A program made the translations under genes and the position numbers. From Mycobacteriales bacterium (GTDB lineage Bacteria; Actinomycetota; Actinomycetes; Mycobacteriales; SCTD01), in contig JBBRNK010000017.1 in assembly GCA_038230355.1 (NCBI GenBank), positions 8,821-72,820 of the forward strand: a stretch of DNA of 64,000 nucleotides, in the 5' to 3' direction. Below, in pieces: positions 11,022-20,308 of this stretch. The notes beneath the pieces were generated by a model. It was not told the DNA's origin and searched no databases. It saw nothing but the letters and a program-made list of their open reading frames with translations. Every line of letters starts with the position of its first letter. Position 1 is the first letter of the stretch.

Positions 11022-11141
11022 TCGTGGTCAGGGTGGTTTTGTCGGGTGGTCCCGGAAGACCATCAAGACGCCGCACGCGCGGGACGAGGCTTTCTGTAGC
11101 CCGGGACCACTCGGGAGCAGTCAGCAGACGAAAGGACGCGC

Positions 11142-11585
11142 GTGAGCAGCCCGAGCCATGTGACCGCACTTCGCTCAGCAGCCGCCGACGTCCCGGAGCT
11201 CGTCTTCGCCACCGGACTGCCGGGCTTCCCCGGGGAGCGCCGCTTCGCCCTCGTGCGGTGGGGGGCCTTCGAAGGCCCGTACTCGCTGATGGTCGACCTC
11301 GAGAACCCCCACGTCCGGTTCCTCGTCATGCCGCCCTACGTGTTCTTCCCCGACTACGTCGTCGACCTCGACGACACGATCGCCGCGAAGATCCACCTTG
11401 ACCGGCCCGAGAGCTGCCTGCTCCTGGTCATCGTGACACTCGGCAGCACGCCGGAAGAGGCGACGGCCAACCTGCTCGGCCCGGTCGTCGTCAACCTCGA
11501 CACCCGCGAGGGCGTGCAGGCCGTGCTGGCCGAGTCCGGCTACAGCACGCGGGTTCCGCTCCGCGCCGCCGCCGTGGCTTCCTAG
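11142..11585 (+). CDS. fliW: Flagellar assembly factor FliW (CsrA antagonist)
   Basis: F..GLPGF....RF.L, F.V.PP..FFPDY, TANLLGPVVVN....GVQAVL. Confidence 0.93.
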   Translation: MSSPSHVTALRSAAADVPELVFATGLPGFPGERRFALVRWGAFEGPYSLMVDLENPHVRFLVMPPYVFFPDYVVDLDDTIAAKIHLDRPESCLLLVIVTLGSTPEEATANLLGPVVVNLDTREGVQAVLAESGYSTRVPLRAAAVAS

Positions 11586-11628
11586 CCGCTGCCTCCACGC
11601 AGCCCCCTCTGCACCCGACCGCCTCAGA

Positions 11629-11642
11629 TTCCACGGAAGGAA
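11629..11642 (+). promoter_or_regulatory. Putative CsrA site over the csrA RBS (autoregulation)
   Basis: TTCC-ACGGAA-GGAA hairpin with GGA in the loop. Confidence 0.5.
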
Positions 11643-11648
11643 CCCACC

Positions 11649-11909
11649 ATGCTCGTCCTGACTCGTCGCAAGAACCAGAGCATCGTCATCGGCGACGACA
11701 TCATCGTGACCGTCCTGGAGGTCAAGGGCGACCAGATCCGGCTCGGGATCACCGCTCCCCGCAACGTCCAGGTCTATCGCGAGGAGCTGCTGGCAGCCCT
11801 TACGGACGCCAACAAGTCCGCCGTCTTGTCCGATGGTGCCGCGCCTCTGGCCCCGCCGGCACCTCCCCAGAGTGCGTCGCTGTTCCGGCGCCCTCGCCGC
11901 GCCGCCTGA
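11649..11909 (+). CDS. csrA: Carbon storage regulator CsrA
   Basis: MLVLTRRKNQSIVIGDDIIVTVLEVKGDQIRLGITAPRNVQVYREEL. Confidence 0.97.
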   Translation: MLVLTRRKNQSIVIGDDIIVTVLEVKGDQIRLGITAPRNVQVYREELLAALTDANKSAVLSDGAAPLAPPAPPQSASLFRRPRRAA

Positions 11910-11943
11910 CCCACCCCAGTACCGCCAGAGCCAGGAGCCCACC

Positions 11944-12828
11944 GTGCCCACCACCCGCCTTTCCGACGAGGCCAAGGCTCTCGTCGAGAGCCACCTCCCC
12001 CTCGTGCGGCACGTCCTGTCGGGCGTGGCCGCGCACTACCCCCGCCATGCCGACCGCGAGGAGCTCGCGCAAGCCGCGACGCTCGGCCTGGTCGAGGCCG
12101 CGGCCCGCTACGACGCGGGGCGGGGCGTCCCGTTTGACCGCTGGGCGGCGCTGCGGATCCGCGGGGCCATCGTCGACGCCGTACGGGCTTTGGACTTCGC
12201 CCCTCGGACCCTGCGGTCGGCGGCGCGTGATGCGGAGACGGCCCGGGTCGAGCTCGAGGTCCGGCTGGGCCGCACCCCGTCGCTGGAGGAGACGGCCACG
12301 CACATGGGACTGCCTGCTGCCGACCTCGCGAACCTGCAGGGACGCGTGCACCGCTCCCTGGTCCTGTCGCTCGACGCGCCCTGCGGTGAGGAGGACGGCG
12401 ACCCCCTGACCCTGTCCAGTGGTCTTGTCGACGAGGTGCAGCTGCAGCCCGTCGAGGTCCTCGAACAGCGCGAGCGCGCCACCTACGTCCGGGACGCCCT
12501 GGCCTGCCTGCCCGAACGGCTCAAGGAGGTCGTCGTCGGCTACTTCCTCGACGGCGAGAGCTCTGCCGACCTCGCCGCCCGTCTCGGCGTCACCGAGTCG
12601 CGGGTGTCGCAGATGCGCACCGAGGCGCTCAGGCTGATGCGGGTGGGCATCGAGTCCCAGTACGACGAGACCCCCGCGGTCCCGGCCCACCCCGGCCGGG
12701 CGGCCTACCGCCAGGCTGCCTACGCCGCCCAGCTGGCCGCCCGCTCGACGTACGCGTCGCGGCTCAGCCGGCTCCCGCAGGCGCGGGCGTCGGTCCCGGA
12801 GCGCGGCGAGGTACGCGCTGCGGGCTGA
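11944..12828 (+). CDS. fliA: FliA/WhiG-family sigma-28 factor
   Basis: GLVEAAARYD..RGVPF..WA..RIRGAIVDAVR..DFAPR; LGVTESRVSQMRT; AGGAG RBS before GTG. Confidence 0.92.
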   Translation: MPTTRLSDEAKALVESHLPLVRHVLSGVAAHYPRHADREELAQAATLGLVEAAARYDAGRGVPFDRWAALRIRGAIVDAVRALDFAPRTLRSAARDAETARVELEVRLGRTPSLEETATHMGLPAADLANLQGRVHRSLVLSLDAPCGEEDGDPLTLSSGLVDEVQLQPVEVLEQRERATYVRDALACLPERLKEVVVGYFLDGESSADLAARLGVTESRVSQMRTEALRLMRVGIESQYDETPAVPAHPGRAAYRQAAYAAQLAARSTYASRLSRLPQARASVPERGEVRAAG

Positions 12829-12849
12829 GGCGGACCGTAGGGTGGAGCA

Positions 12850-13722
12850 GTGACTGACGAGACCCCCGCTGCTGTGGACGCCATAGCTGTTGCCGATCCC
12901 GTACGGAAAGCGCCCACTTCGCACGCGGCGCACCGCTCCTTCCTGCGGGAGCTGCCGGTCCTCATCGCCGTGGCCCTTGTCCTCGCGCTGCTGATCAAGC
13001 ACTTCCTGGTCCAGGCCTTCTACATCCCGTCAGGGTCGATGGAGCAGACCCTGCAGGTCGGCGACCGGGTGCTGGTCAACAAGGTGCCTTACTACTACCG
13101 CGGCCCCCATCGCGGGGAGATCGTCGTCTTCAACGGGCTCGACAACTTCGACGAGGGTGTGACGGTCCCTCCCGCGACTAACCCGGTCTCCAAGGCTCTG
13201 CGCCAGGTCAGCGGCGCGATCGGCCTCGGTGCGCCCGACGAGAAGGACTACATCAAGCGGGTCATCGGCATCCCGGGTGACCGCGTCATGTGCTGCGACA
13301 CCGCCGGCCGCGTGGTCGTCACGCCCGAGGGTGGCGCGCCGGCCACCCTCGTCGAGCCCTACATCTACCAGAACGACACCACCGACCTGAAGTACTTCTG
13401 CGAGGCCGGTACCGGTCCGCGCAACTGCCCCGTTGGCGCGCCCGGGGTCCTCGTGCCGTCCGGCCGCCTGTGGGTCATGGGAGACCACCGCGGCAACTCG
13501 GCTGACTCGCGTTACCACATCACCGATGCTCACCACGGCACCGTGCCCGAGGCCAAGGTCGTCGGCCGGGCCTTCACGGTCGTGTTCCCCTTCGGCCGCT
13601 TCGGGCTGCTGCACGTGCCGTCGGCCTTCTCACCGCTCGCCCTGCCCGCCGCTCCCTATCTCGCCGGCCTGGCCGGTGCGCTCCCGCTCACCCTGGTACG
13701 TCGCCGGCGCCGCTCCCGCTGA
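12850..13722 (+). CDS. lepB: Signal peptidase I
   Basis: FYIPSGSMEQTL, DYIKRVIG, VMGDHRGNSADSR; TAGGGT -10 at 12838, just before GTG. Confidence 0.95.
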   Translation: MTDETPAAVDAIAVADPVRKAPTSHAAHRSFLRELPVLIAVALVLALLIKHFLVQAFYIPSGSMEQTLQVGDRVLVNKVPYYYRGPHRGEIVVFNGLDNFDEGVTVPPATNPVSKALRQVSGAIGLGAPDEKDYIKRVIGIPGDRVMCCDTAGRVVVTPEGGAPATLVEPYIYQNDTTDLKYFCEAGTGPRNCPVGAPGVLVPSGRLWVMGDHRGNSADSRYHITDAHHGTVPEAKVVGRAFTVVFPFGRFGLLHVPSAFSPLALPAAPYLAGLAGALPLTLVRRRRRSR

Positions 13723-13956
13723 CGCCTTTACTCGCGGGCAACAGGTTGCTGGTGGCCGCTGCCCGCTGGCCGTCGTCTTCTGGTCGCTGGCCGTGGGCTC
13801 GGGTGCTGGCCGTGGGCCGTGGGCTCGGGCGCTTGAGGGATTGTGGGGACGTGTGCTCCCACCTTTCGCGGCAACTCACGCGCTGGCGGCGTGAGTGGCC
13901 GCCAGAGCGGTCGTCCGGACCTCGCGAGCAGCCGGTGCTGTGGGCACTGGGGCGCG

Positions 13957-14010
13957 GCGGTCTGGGTGTCGCGGGTGGGTGTCGCGGTCTGGGTGTCGCG
14001 GTCTGGCGTG
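13957..14010. repeat. Intergenic tandem repeat, about 4 x 13-14 bp (GCGGTCTGGGTGTC)
   Basis: Direct reading. Confidence 0.7.
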
Positions 14011-14016
14011 ATTGCT

Positions 14017-14229
14017 TCAGGGACGCTTGCGGGCCCCGGCGCCGACGAGGGCACGGGCGAAGGGGAGGCCAACGCGCTCGAGGACCACCAGCACGGTAGA
14101 GACGATCCCCACGCGCACGGCCGCCTGCGTCACCGACAGGTCACCCGAGATCAGCTTCATCGCGACCAATCCGACGGCGAGCAACCCGAGCAGCCCCAGC
14201 GTGGGTGTCCGCAGTCGCACCACGCTCAC
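14017..14229 (-). CDS. Small two-TM membrane protein at the end of the flhA operon
   Basis: GTGA overlap with upstream stop; LGLLGLLAVGLVAMKLISG...VGIVSTVLVVL. Confidence 0.65.
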   Translation of the reverse strand: MSVVRLRTPTLGLLGLLAVGLVAMKLISGDLSVTQAAVRVGIVSTVLVVLERVGLPFARALVGAGARKRP

Positions 14230-15359
14230 CCGACCAGGGCGGCACGCACGGCCAGCGCGAGCTCGGTGGCTGTAGCCGGCGCCGTCCGCTCGCCGACGGT
14301 GATCGTCCCGACAGTAAGCCCGCGGGCGGCGGCGTCGATCAATCCCAGCACCCCGGCTGGGCCGTGCCCGTTGACGACCACGGGGTGGGCGGGGCCGAGG
14401 TCGGCCGGCTCGGGGAGCACCCCGTTCAGGGCGACCGCCAGCGCCACCAGCCATCCCAGGTCGTCGACCGGGTCCCGCGCCGGCAGCCCCTCCAGCACGG
14501 CCGCCGGCAGTCCCATCGCCACCAGACCCGCCCGGCTCCACCCATCCGGCGCCTTCGTGGGGCCGGCCTTCGTGGTGGCGGCTCTCGCCGCGACGGCCGA
14601 CCTCGACGGTCGGGACGTGGGTTTGGGTATGCCCCCCGCTCGCGGAGTACGTCGGGCGGTCGAGCCCGAGGGGACCGCATCGGCTGGGCCCGAGGGGACC
14701 GCCTCGGCTGGGCCCGAGGGGACCGCATCGGCTGGGGTCAAGGGGTCCGCGCCGGCCCCAGTCGAGGGGACCCCTTCGGCCCCAGTCGAGGGGACCGCGC
14801 CGGCCCCAGTCGAGGGGACCGCTATGGCGTCCTTCGGTGCTGACGAGGTCGAGGGCCCTGCCGTCAGGACCCTGGTCTCCCTCGGCCCGTCCACCTGGGT
14901 TGCCCGGGCCGGCGTCACTTCGGCGGCTGACGTCGCGGCAGCGTGATATCCGGTCGGGACACAGTCGGGGTCAGTGGGCAGCTGGGCGACAGGACGCAGC
15001 TCTGCAACGGTGGCGCCCGGCACCGCCCGCATCGCGGGCATGGCGGGCTGGGGGAGGCGGGTGGTCCGGCGTACCGGGGCTGGGGGGGTCTCGGCTGCAT
15101 CGGCCTGGTTCAGGAGCGCGTCGAAGGCGCTCTCCAGGGCGCCCGCGGCTGGAGCGGCCGCGGGGACGGCCACGACCTCGTAGCGGTCGCGGCCCACCAG
15201 CCCGGGTACGCCCTTGCGGACCTTGCGGGCCCGGCGGACGGTCAGGCCGGGGCCGAGACTCGCGACGGCGGAGGCCATCGCCTGCTCGAGGGTGTCGCCG
15301 ATGAAGACCTCGACGACCTCGGTCTCGGTGAGGTCAGGCTGCTGCAGTGCGCTGGGCAA
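14226..15359 (-). CDS. FlhF-like protein: N-terminal FlhF-type domain plus low-complexity linker, no recognisable GTPase motifs
   Basis: Directly after flhA; F.GDTLEQAMASAVASLGPGLTVRRARKVRKG..GLVGRDRYEVVA resembles FlhF N-termini. Confidence 0.6.
   Translation of the reverse strand: MPSALQQPDLTETEVVEVFIGDTLEQAMASAVASLGPGLTVRRARKVRKGVPGLVGRDRYEVVAVPAAAPAAGALESAFDALLNQADAAETPPAPVRRTTRLPQPAMPAMRAVPGATVAELRPVAQLPTDPDCVPTGYHAAATSAAEVTPARATQVDGPRETRVLTAGPSTSSAPKDAIAVPSTGAGAVPSTGAEGVPSTGAGADPLTPADAVPSGPAEAVPSGPADAVPSGSTARRTPRAGGIPKPTSRPSRSAVAARAATTKAGPTKAPDGWSRAGLVAMGLPAAVLEGLPARDPVDDLGWLVALAVALNGVLPEPADLGPAHPVVVNGHGPAGVLGLIDAAARGLTVGTITVGERTAPATATELALAVRAALVG
14664..14823. repeat. In-frame 24-bp tandem repeat (about 6.7 units; VPSTGAGA / VPSGPADA)
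   Basis: Recurring CGAGGGGACC core with 24-nt period. Confidence 0.9.
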
Positions 15360-17397
15360 GGTGGATCACCCCTACGGGTTCGACGGTGAGGTTGCGGGAC
15401 AGTTCGGTGTAGGACAGGACGGGCAGGTCGGGGCGACCTCCGACGAGCAGGCGGCGTACGGCGGGGCGAAGCTGGGCGGAGCACACGACAGCGGGCCGGT
15501 GACCGGCACCCTCGGCGAGGCGGACCGCGTCCCCGATGCCCTCGACGAGCGCCTCCATCCGCATCGGGTCGAGGGCGAGCCAGGTACCGGCGTCCCCTGA
15601 CCGGCAGGCCTCCAGGAGCGACTGCTCGAGCAGCGGGTCGAGGGTCAGGGCGGCCAGGCGGTTCCCGACGGCGGCACCGGCGGAGATGGTCGGGCCGAGC
15701 ACGGCTCGGGCTGCCTCCACGAGCTGCTCGGGGACGCGCGTCTCGCGCGCCTTGGCCGTCACGGCCTCAAGGATCCGGGTGAGGTCCCGGACAGGCACGC
15801 CCTCGCTCAGCAGGTCGCGCATGACGCGCTGCACCTCCGAGAGCGACAGCGTGTCCGTCCCCACTTCGCCTGCCACCACGGGGGAGACGGTCTTTACGGC
15901 GTCGACGAGCACCTGGACGTCCTGTCGGGTCAGCAGCTCCGGAGCGGCGTTGCGGACCACCTCGGACAGGTGGGTGACGATGACCGAGGCCCGGTCGATC
16001 ACGGTGGCGCCCTCGGCGGCCAGCACCTCGGCCAGCTCGGTCTGCACCCACGTCGCGGGCAGCCCGAAGACCGGGTCGACCGTGGCCCGTCCAGGCAGGC
16101 CGGCCGCGTCCTCCCCCAGCACCATCGCGTGACCTGCCGGAGCCTCGCCGCGCGCAGCCTCGATCCCGTGGAGCTTGACGACATAGGTCGAGGAGGGAAG
16201 GCCGGCGGCATCGTGCGTGCGCACCGGAGGTACGACGAGGCCGAGGTCCGCGGCAATCCGCTTCCGCAGCGCGCGGACCCGCTCCATGAGGGACCCGCCC
16301 TGGGCAGGGTCGAGCAGGTCGAGCAGGTCGGGGGCCAGCTCGAGCTCGAGCGGCTCGACGCGTACCTGCTCGAGCATCACCTCGGTCGGCTCGCCGGACG
16401 GGTCGATCTCGACCTCGACCGGCTGGTCCTGCTCCGCCCTCGGCGCGCGGTAGGCGACGAAGGCGAGAAGCCCTGCCAGGACGAAGAACGGGAGCTTCGG
16501 CAGTCCGGGCATCAGGCCGAGGAAGGCCACGGCCACCGACCCGATGCGCAGCGCCTGCGCCGACCGGAACAGCTGGTGCACGAGGTCGGCGCCGAGGCCG
16601 CCTTCCTGGTCGCTCTGGACGCGGGTGACGACGATGCCGCTGGCAACCGAGATGAGCAGCGCCGGGACCTGGGACACCAGTCCGTCGCCGACGCTGAGCA
16701 GGCAGTAGCGCGAGATCGACTCCGAGAGCGACAGGTGGTGTTGGAGCATCCCGATCGCGAAGCCGCCCACGAGGTTGATGCTCACGATCACGACGGCCGC
16801 GATCGCGTCGCCCTTCACGAACTTGCTGGCGCCATCCATCGACCCGTAGAAGTCCGCCTCGCGCCCCACGTCGAGCCGGCGGATCCGGGCCTGCTCGTCG
16901 CTGATGAGGCCGCTGTTGAGGTCGGCGTCGATCGCCATCTGCTTGCCGGGCATGGCGTCGAGGGTGAACCGGGCGGCCACCTCGGCCACCCGACCCGCAC
17001 CGGCCGTGATGACCACGAACTGGATGATCACGAGGATCAAGAAGATGACGAGGCCCACGACCAGGTTGCCGCCGACGACCACCGCACCGAAGGCGTGGAT
17101 CACCTTCCCCGCCTCGCCCTTGAGCAGGATCAACCGGGTCGAGGAGATGTTGAGCGCGAGCCGCATCAGCGTGGTGACGAGCAGAAGCGCTGGGAACACG
17201 GAGAAGTCCAGGGCGCGCTCGCTCGTGATGGCCGTCAGCAGGACAACCACCGCGATCGTCAGGTTGGTCGCGAGCAGCAGGTCGAGCAGGAACGTCGGCA
17301 GCGGAATGATCATCATCACGACGATGCCGACCATCAGCAGCGGAACGCCCATCGTGGCAGCGCGACCGGGCTTCTTGAGCACTGCGGGCGACGTCAT
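15334..17397 (-). CDS. flhA: Flagellar export gate FlhA
   Basis: RVAEVAARFTLDAMPGKQMAIDADL, FYGSMDGASKFVKGDAIA; ATGA overlap with flhB. Confidence 0.97.
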   Translation of the reverse strand: MTSPAVLKKPGRAATMGVPLLMVGIVVMMIIPLPTFLLDLLLATNLTIAVVVLLTAITSERALDFSVFPALLLVTTLMRLALNISSTRLILLKGEAGKVIHAFGAVVVGGNLVVGLVIFLILVIIQFVVITAGAGRVAEVAARFTLDAMPGKQMAIDADLNSGLISDEQARIRRLDVGREADFYGSMDGASKFVKGDAIAAVVIVSINLVGGFAIGMLQHHLSLSESISRYCLLSVGDGLVSQVPALLISVASGIVVTRVQSDQEGGLGADLVHQLFRSAQALRIGSVAVAFLGLMPGLPKLPFFVLAGLLAFVAYRAPRAEQDQPVEVEIDPSGEPTEVMLEQVRVEPLELELAPDLLDLLDPAQGGSLMERVRALRKRIAADLGLVVPPVRTHDAAGLPSSTYVVKLHGIEAARGEAPAGHAMVLGEDAAGLPGRATVDPVFGLPATWVQTELAEVLAAEGATVIDRASVIVTHLSEVVRNAAPELLTRQDVQVLVDAVKTVSPVVAGEVGTDTLSLSEVQRVMRDLLSEGVPVRDLTRILEAVTAKARETRVPEQLVEAARAVLGPTISAGAAVGNRLAALTLDPLLEQSLLEACRSGDAGTWLALDPMRMEALVEGIGDAVRLAEGAGHRPAVVCSAQLRPAVRRLLVGGRPDLPVLSYTELSRNLTVEPVGVIHLAQRTAAA

Positions 17398-18470
17398 GCG
17401 GGCACCATCCGGGACCTCCACGTGGGGCGGGTACCGCGGCGCTTCGCGGCGTAGACGACGGCGAGGACCTCAGCCACGGCGCGGAACAGCTCCAGCGGGA
17501 TGCCGTCGCCGACCTCGGTGTTCTTGTAGATCGCCCGGGCCAGCGGCTTGTCGGCGAGCACGGGGATGCCGTGCTCGGCGGCCAGGTCCTTGATCCGCTG
17601 GGCGGTGGCTCCCGCCCCCTTGGCGACCACGATCGGAGCCGCCGTACCGGGCTGGTAGGAGAGGGCCACGACCAGGTGCGTCGGGTTCGCCAGCACCACG
17701 TCGGCCTTCGGGACCGCCGAGATCATGCGCGCGCGGGACGTCGCGAGCATGCGAGCCCGCATCGCGCCCTTCTGCTGGGGGTTGCCCTCGCTCTGCTTGT
17801 GTTCGTCGTTGACATCCTGCTTGCTCATCCGCGACTGCTTGCCGAACGACCGGCGCTGCCAGGCAGCGTCAGCGAGGCCCACGATGAGGGCGAGCACCGC
17901 CACCCGCCACAGCATGCTGCGGACGGTGTCGCCGACGACCGCCTGCAGGGAGGCGAAGGTCCCGCCGCTGGACACCAGCTCCCGGGCCCCCGTCTTCCAG
18001 GCACCCCAGGACACCAGCGCGAGGGACGACAGCTTCGCCAGGTCCTTCAACAGCTGTACGACGCTGTGCGGTGACAGCATCCGCTTGATCGTCTTGCCGG
18101 GGTTGAGGCGCTCGAAGCGGGGCTTGACCGCCGCCGGGTTGGGACGCGAGCGGGTGACGACGGTGCCGGCGACCAGGGCGGCCACGCCGACGATCGCCAC
18201 CGATGGTGCGAGCGCGCGCACCGAGTCCAGGACCACCTTGCCGGCAAGGGATCTGGCGGCGCTGATGTCCTTCACGTCGGCACCGGACAGGACCAGGGCG
18301 AGGTCGCTGCGCAACACCTGCATGAGTCGGCTGACCATGCCTGGGAGCACCAGCACGAGGGCCAGCATCGAAACACCGGACGGGAGCTCCACCGAGCGGG
18401 CCGCGACACCCTTCTTGCGCAGGTCCTTCAGGCGCTTCGGAGTGGCTTTCTCGGTCTTGTCCCCGCTCAT
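17394..18470 (-). CDS. flhB: Export specificity switch FlhB
   Basis: DKTEKATPKRL, EHKQSEGNP, NPTH autocleavage site. Confidence 0.96.
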   Translation of the reverse strand: MSGDKTEKATPKRLKDLRKKGVAARSVELPSGVSMLALVLVLPGMVSRLMQVLRSDLALVLSGADVKDISAARSLAGKVVLDSVRALAPSVAIVGVAALVAGTVVTRSRPNPAAVKPRFERLNPGKTIKRMLSPHSVVQLLKDLAKLSSLALVSWGAWKTGARELVSSGGTFASLQAVVGDTVRSMLWRVAVLALIVGLADAAWQRRSFGKQSRMSKQDVNDEHKQSEGNPQQKGAMRARMLATSRARMISAVPKADVVLANPTHLVVALSYQPGTAAPIVVAKGAGATAQRIKDLAAEHGIPVLADKPLARAIYKNTEVGDGIPLELFRAVAEVLAVVYAAKRRGTRPTWRSRMVPA

Positions 18471-19234
18471 CGCAACACCTCGAAGGGAAGCCGCAGGGAC
18501 GGGTCGAGCAGCTGGGCGGCGTGTGCGGGCATCAGCGCGAGGGTCGCGCCGGCGGCGGACAGCGCGACCAGCGTCTTCACCGGCAGGGCCAGCGACAGCG
18601 CGTTGGCCTGGGGCACGAAGCGGGCTGCGAACGACAGGGCCACGTCGGTGAGGAACAGCACGCCCAGCAGCGGGGCCGCGACCTCGAAGGCGCTCAGCAG
18701 GATCTGGGTCGCGGCATGGCCGAGGGTGCTCGCCGTACCTGACGAGAGGGAGGGGAAGTGGCCGAGGGGGATGCCTCGGAAGGAGCGCACGAACCCGCCG
18801 ATGACCGAGGCGTAGGCGTCGCTCACGAAGAACAACGCGCTGAACATGACCGAGAACAACCGGGAGAAGGCGGCGGCCGGTTGGCCGGACAGTGGGTCGA
18901 CGATCGAGGCGTAGGAGAAGCCACCGGACAGGTCGGCGAGCGACCCGGCCACCTCGAAGGCGCTGAACAGCAGGTTCGTCAGCATCCCCAGCGCCAGGCC
19001 GACGACGACCTGCCCGACGGCGGCGGCGACGTAGGGCGCCAGGTCCGTGGGTACCTGCGAGGCCGGGGTCATGGGGGTCACGAAGACCGCCAGCGCGATC
19101 GCGGCGGACAGCCGGCCCACCGACGACATTCCCTTGGCGGACAGGACCGGAGCGGTGATGACCCAGGCACCCGTGCGCGCGAGCACCAGCATGAACGCGG
19201 TGAGCGTGGCGAGGGAGACCGGGAGCTGTGACAC
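18467..19234 (-). CDS. fliR: FliR
   Basis: Hydrophobic; AG..AD..GFS...IVDP, RFVPQ.N...LALPVK; position after fliQ. Confidence 0.93.
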   Translation of the reverse strand: MSQLPVSLATLTAFMLVLARTGAWVITAPVLSAKGMSSVGRLSAAIALAVFVTPMTPASQVPTDLAPYVAAAVGQVVVGLALGMLTNLLFSAFEVAGSLADLSGGFSYASIVDPLSGQPAAAFSRLFSVMFSALFFVSDAYASVIGGFVRSFRGIPLGHFPSLSSGTASTLGHAATQILLSAFEVAAPLLGVLFLTDVALSFAARFVPQANALSLALPVKTLVALSAAGATLALMPAHAAQLLDPSLRLPFEVLR

Positions 19235-19237
19235 GGC

Positions 19238-19507
19238 TCAGCCGACCAGCTGCGGGATGCGCTCGAACAGCTGCTGGGTGAACTCGACGGTGATCCGCAG
19301 CATCCAGCCCCCCGTGAGGGCCAGGACGAGGCCGCCCAGAGCCAGCTTCGGGACCATCGACAGCGTCTGGTCCTGCACCTGGAAGACCGCCTGCAGCAAG
19401 CTGACGACCACACCGACGACCAGGGCGACGATGAGCAGTGGACCGGCCAGCTTGGCTGCGAGGAGCAGCGCCTGACTAGCGATGTGGACGACGTCGGTCT
19501 CGTTCAT
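19238..19507 (-). CDS. fliQ: FliQ
   Basis: GVVVSLLQAVFQVQDQTLSMVPK. Confidence 0.96.
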   Translation of the reverse strand: MNETDVVHIASQALLLAAKLAGPLLIVALVVGVVVSLLQAVFQVQDQTLSMVPKLALGGLVLALTGGWMLRITVEFTQQLFERIPQLVG

Positions 19508-19516
19508 GCAAACCCC

Positions 19517-20308
19517 TTAGTGGAACGAGCGGACGAGGGAGGAGACGATCAGGTACCAGCCGTCGACCGCGACGAACAGCAGCAGCTTGAACGGCAGCGA
19601 GATGAGTGATGGCGGCAGCATCGCCATGCCCATGGCCGACAGCGCCGCGCTCACGACCAGGTCGATGACGATGAACGGGATGAAGACGACGAAGCCGATG
19701 AGGAACGCCGCCCGCAGCTCGGAGATGACGTAGGCCGGGACGAGCGTGGTCGTCGGGACGTCCTTGCTGTTCTTGGGCGCGGGCTTGCCCGACAGGTCGA
19801 CGAACAGCTGCAGATCCTTCTCACGGACCTGCTTGAGCATGAAGGTGCGGAACGGGGCGATCCCCTTGTCGAAGGCGACCTGCTGGGTGATCGTGCCTTT
19901 GAGGTAGGGCTGGACGGCGTCGTGGTTGGTCTGGCTGAAGACCGGTCCCATCACGAAGAACGTCAGGAAGATCGACAGCCCGATCAGCACCTGGTTCGGT
20001 GGGATCCCTTGCGTCCCGAGGGCTGAGCGGGTGAACCCCAGCACGATGACGATGCGCGTGAACGCCGTGACCATGATGAGCAGGCCCGGCAGCACTGACA
20101 ACGCGCCGAGCAGCAGCACCAGCGACACGGGCTGGGTGAGCCCCGTCGTGTTGCGCAGGTCGACGCCCGACTTGGGCGTGGGGGACGGGCTGGGGGCGGC
20201 CAGCGCGGGGGCGGCCACACCCAGGAAGAAGGTGGTGAGAAGGAGGGTCAGCGCAACGCGTCGTCCCCGTCCGCAGCGCGGAAGGCGGGCCGGCACGCGC
20301 GGGTCCAC
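19517..20308 (-). CDS. fliP: FliP
   Basis: TAFTRIVIVL...RSALGTQGIPPNQVL, MGMAMLPP..ISLPFKLLLFV.VDGW. Confidence 0.96.
   Translation of the reverse strand: MDPRVPARLPRCGRGRRVALTLLLTTFFLGVAAPALAAPSPSPTPKSGVDLRNTTGLTQPVSLVLLLGALSVLPGLLIMVTAFTRIVIVLGFTRSALGTQGIPPNQVLIGLSIFLTFFVMGPVFSQTNHDAVQPYLKGTITQQVAFDKGIAPFRTFMLKQVREKDLQLFVDLSGKPAPKNSKDVPTTTLVPAYVISELRAAFLIGFVVFIPFIVIDLVVSAALSAMGMAMLPPSLISLPFKLLLFVAVDGWYLIVSSLVRSFH

Noticed and set aside
10920..11141. c-di-GMP or c-di-AMP riboswitch before fliW
   Set aside because: The conserved motifs of those classes are not recognisable
14664..14823. 24-bp periodic repeat as a CRISPR array
   Set aside because: Units are contiguous with no unique spacers, in frame within a CDS, and no cas genes are present
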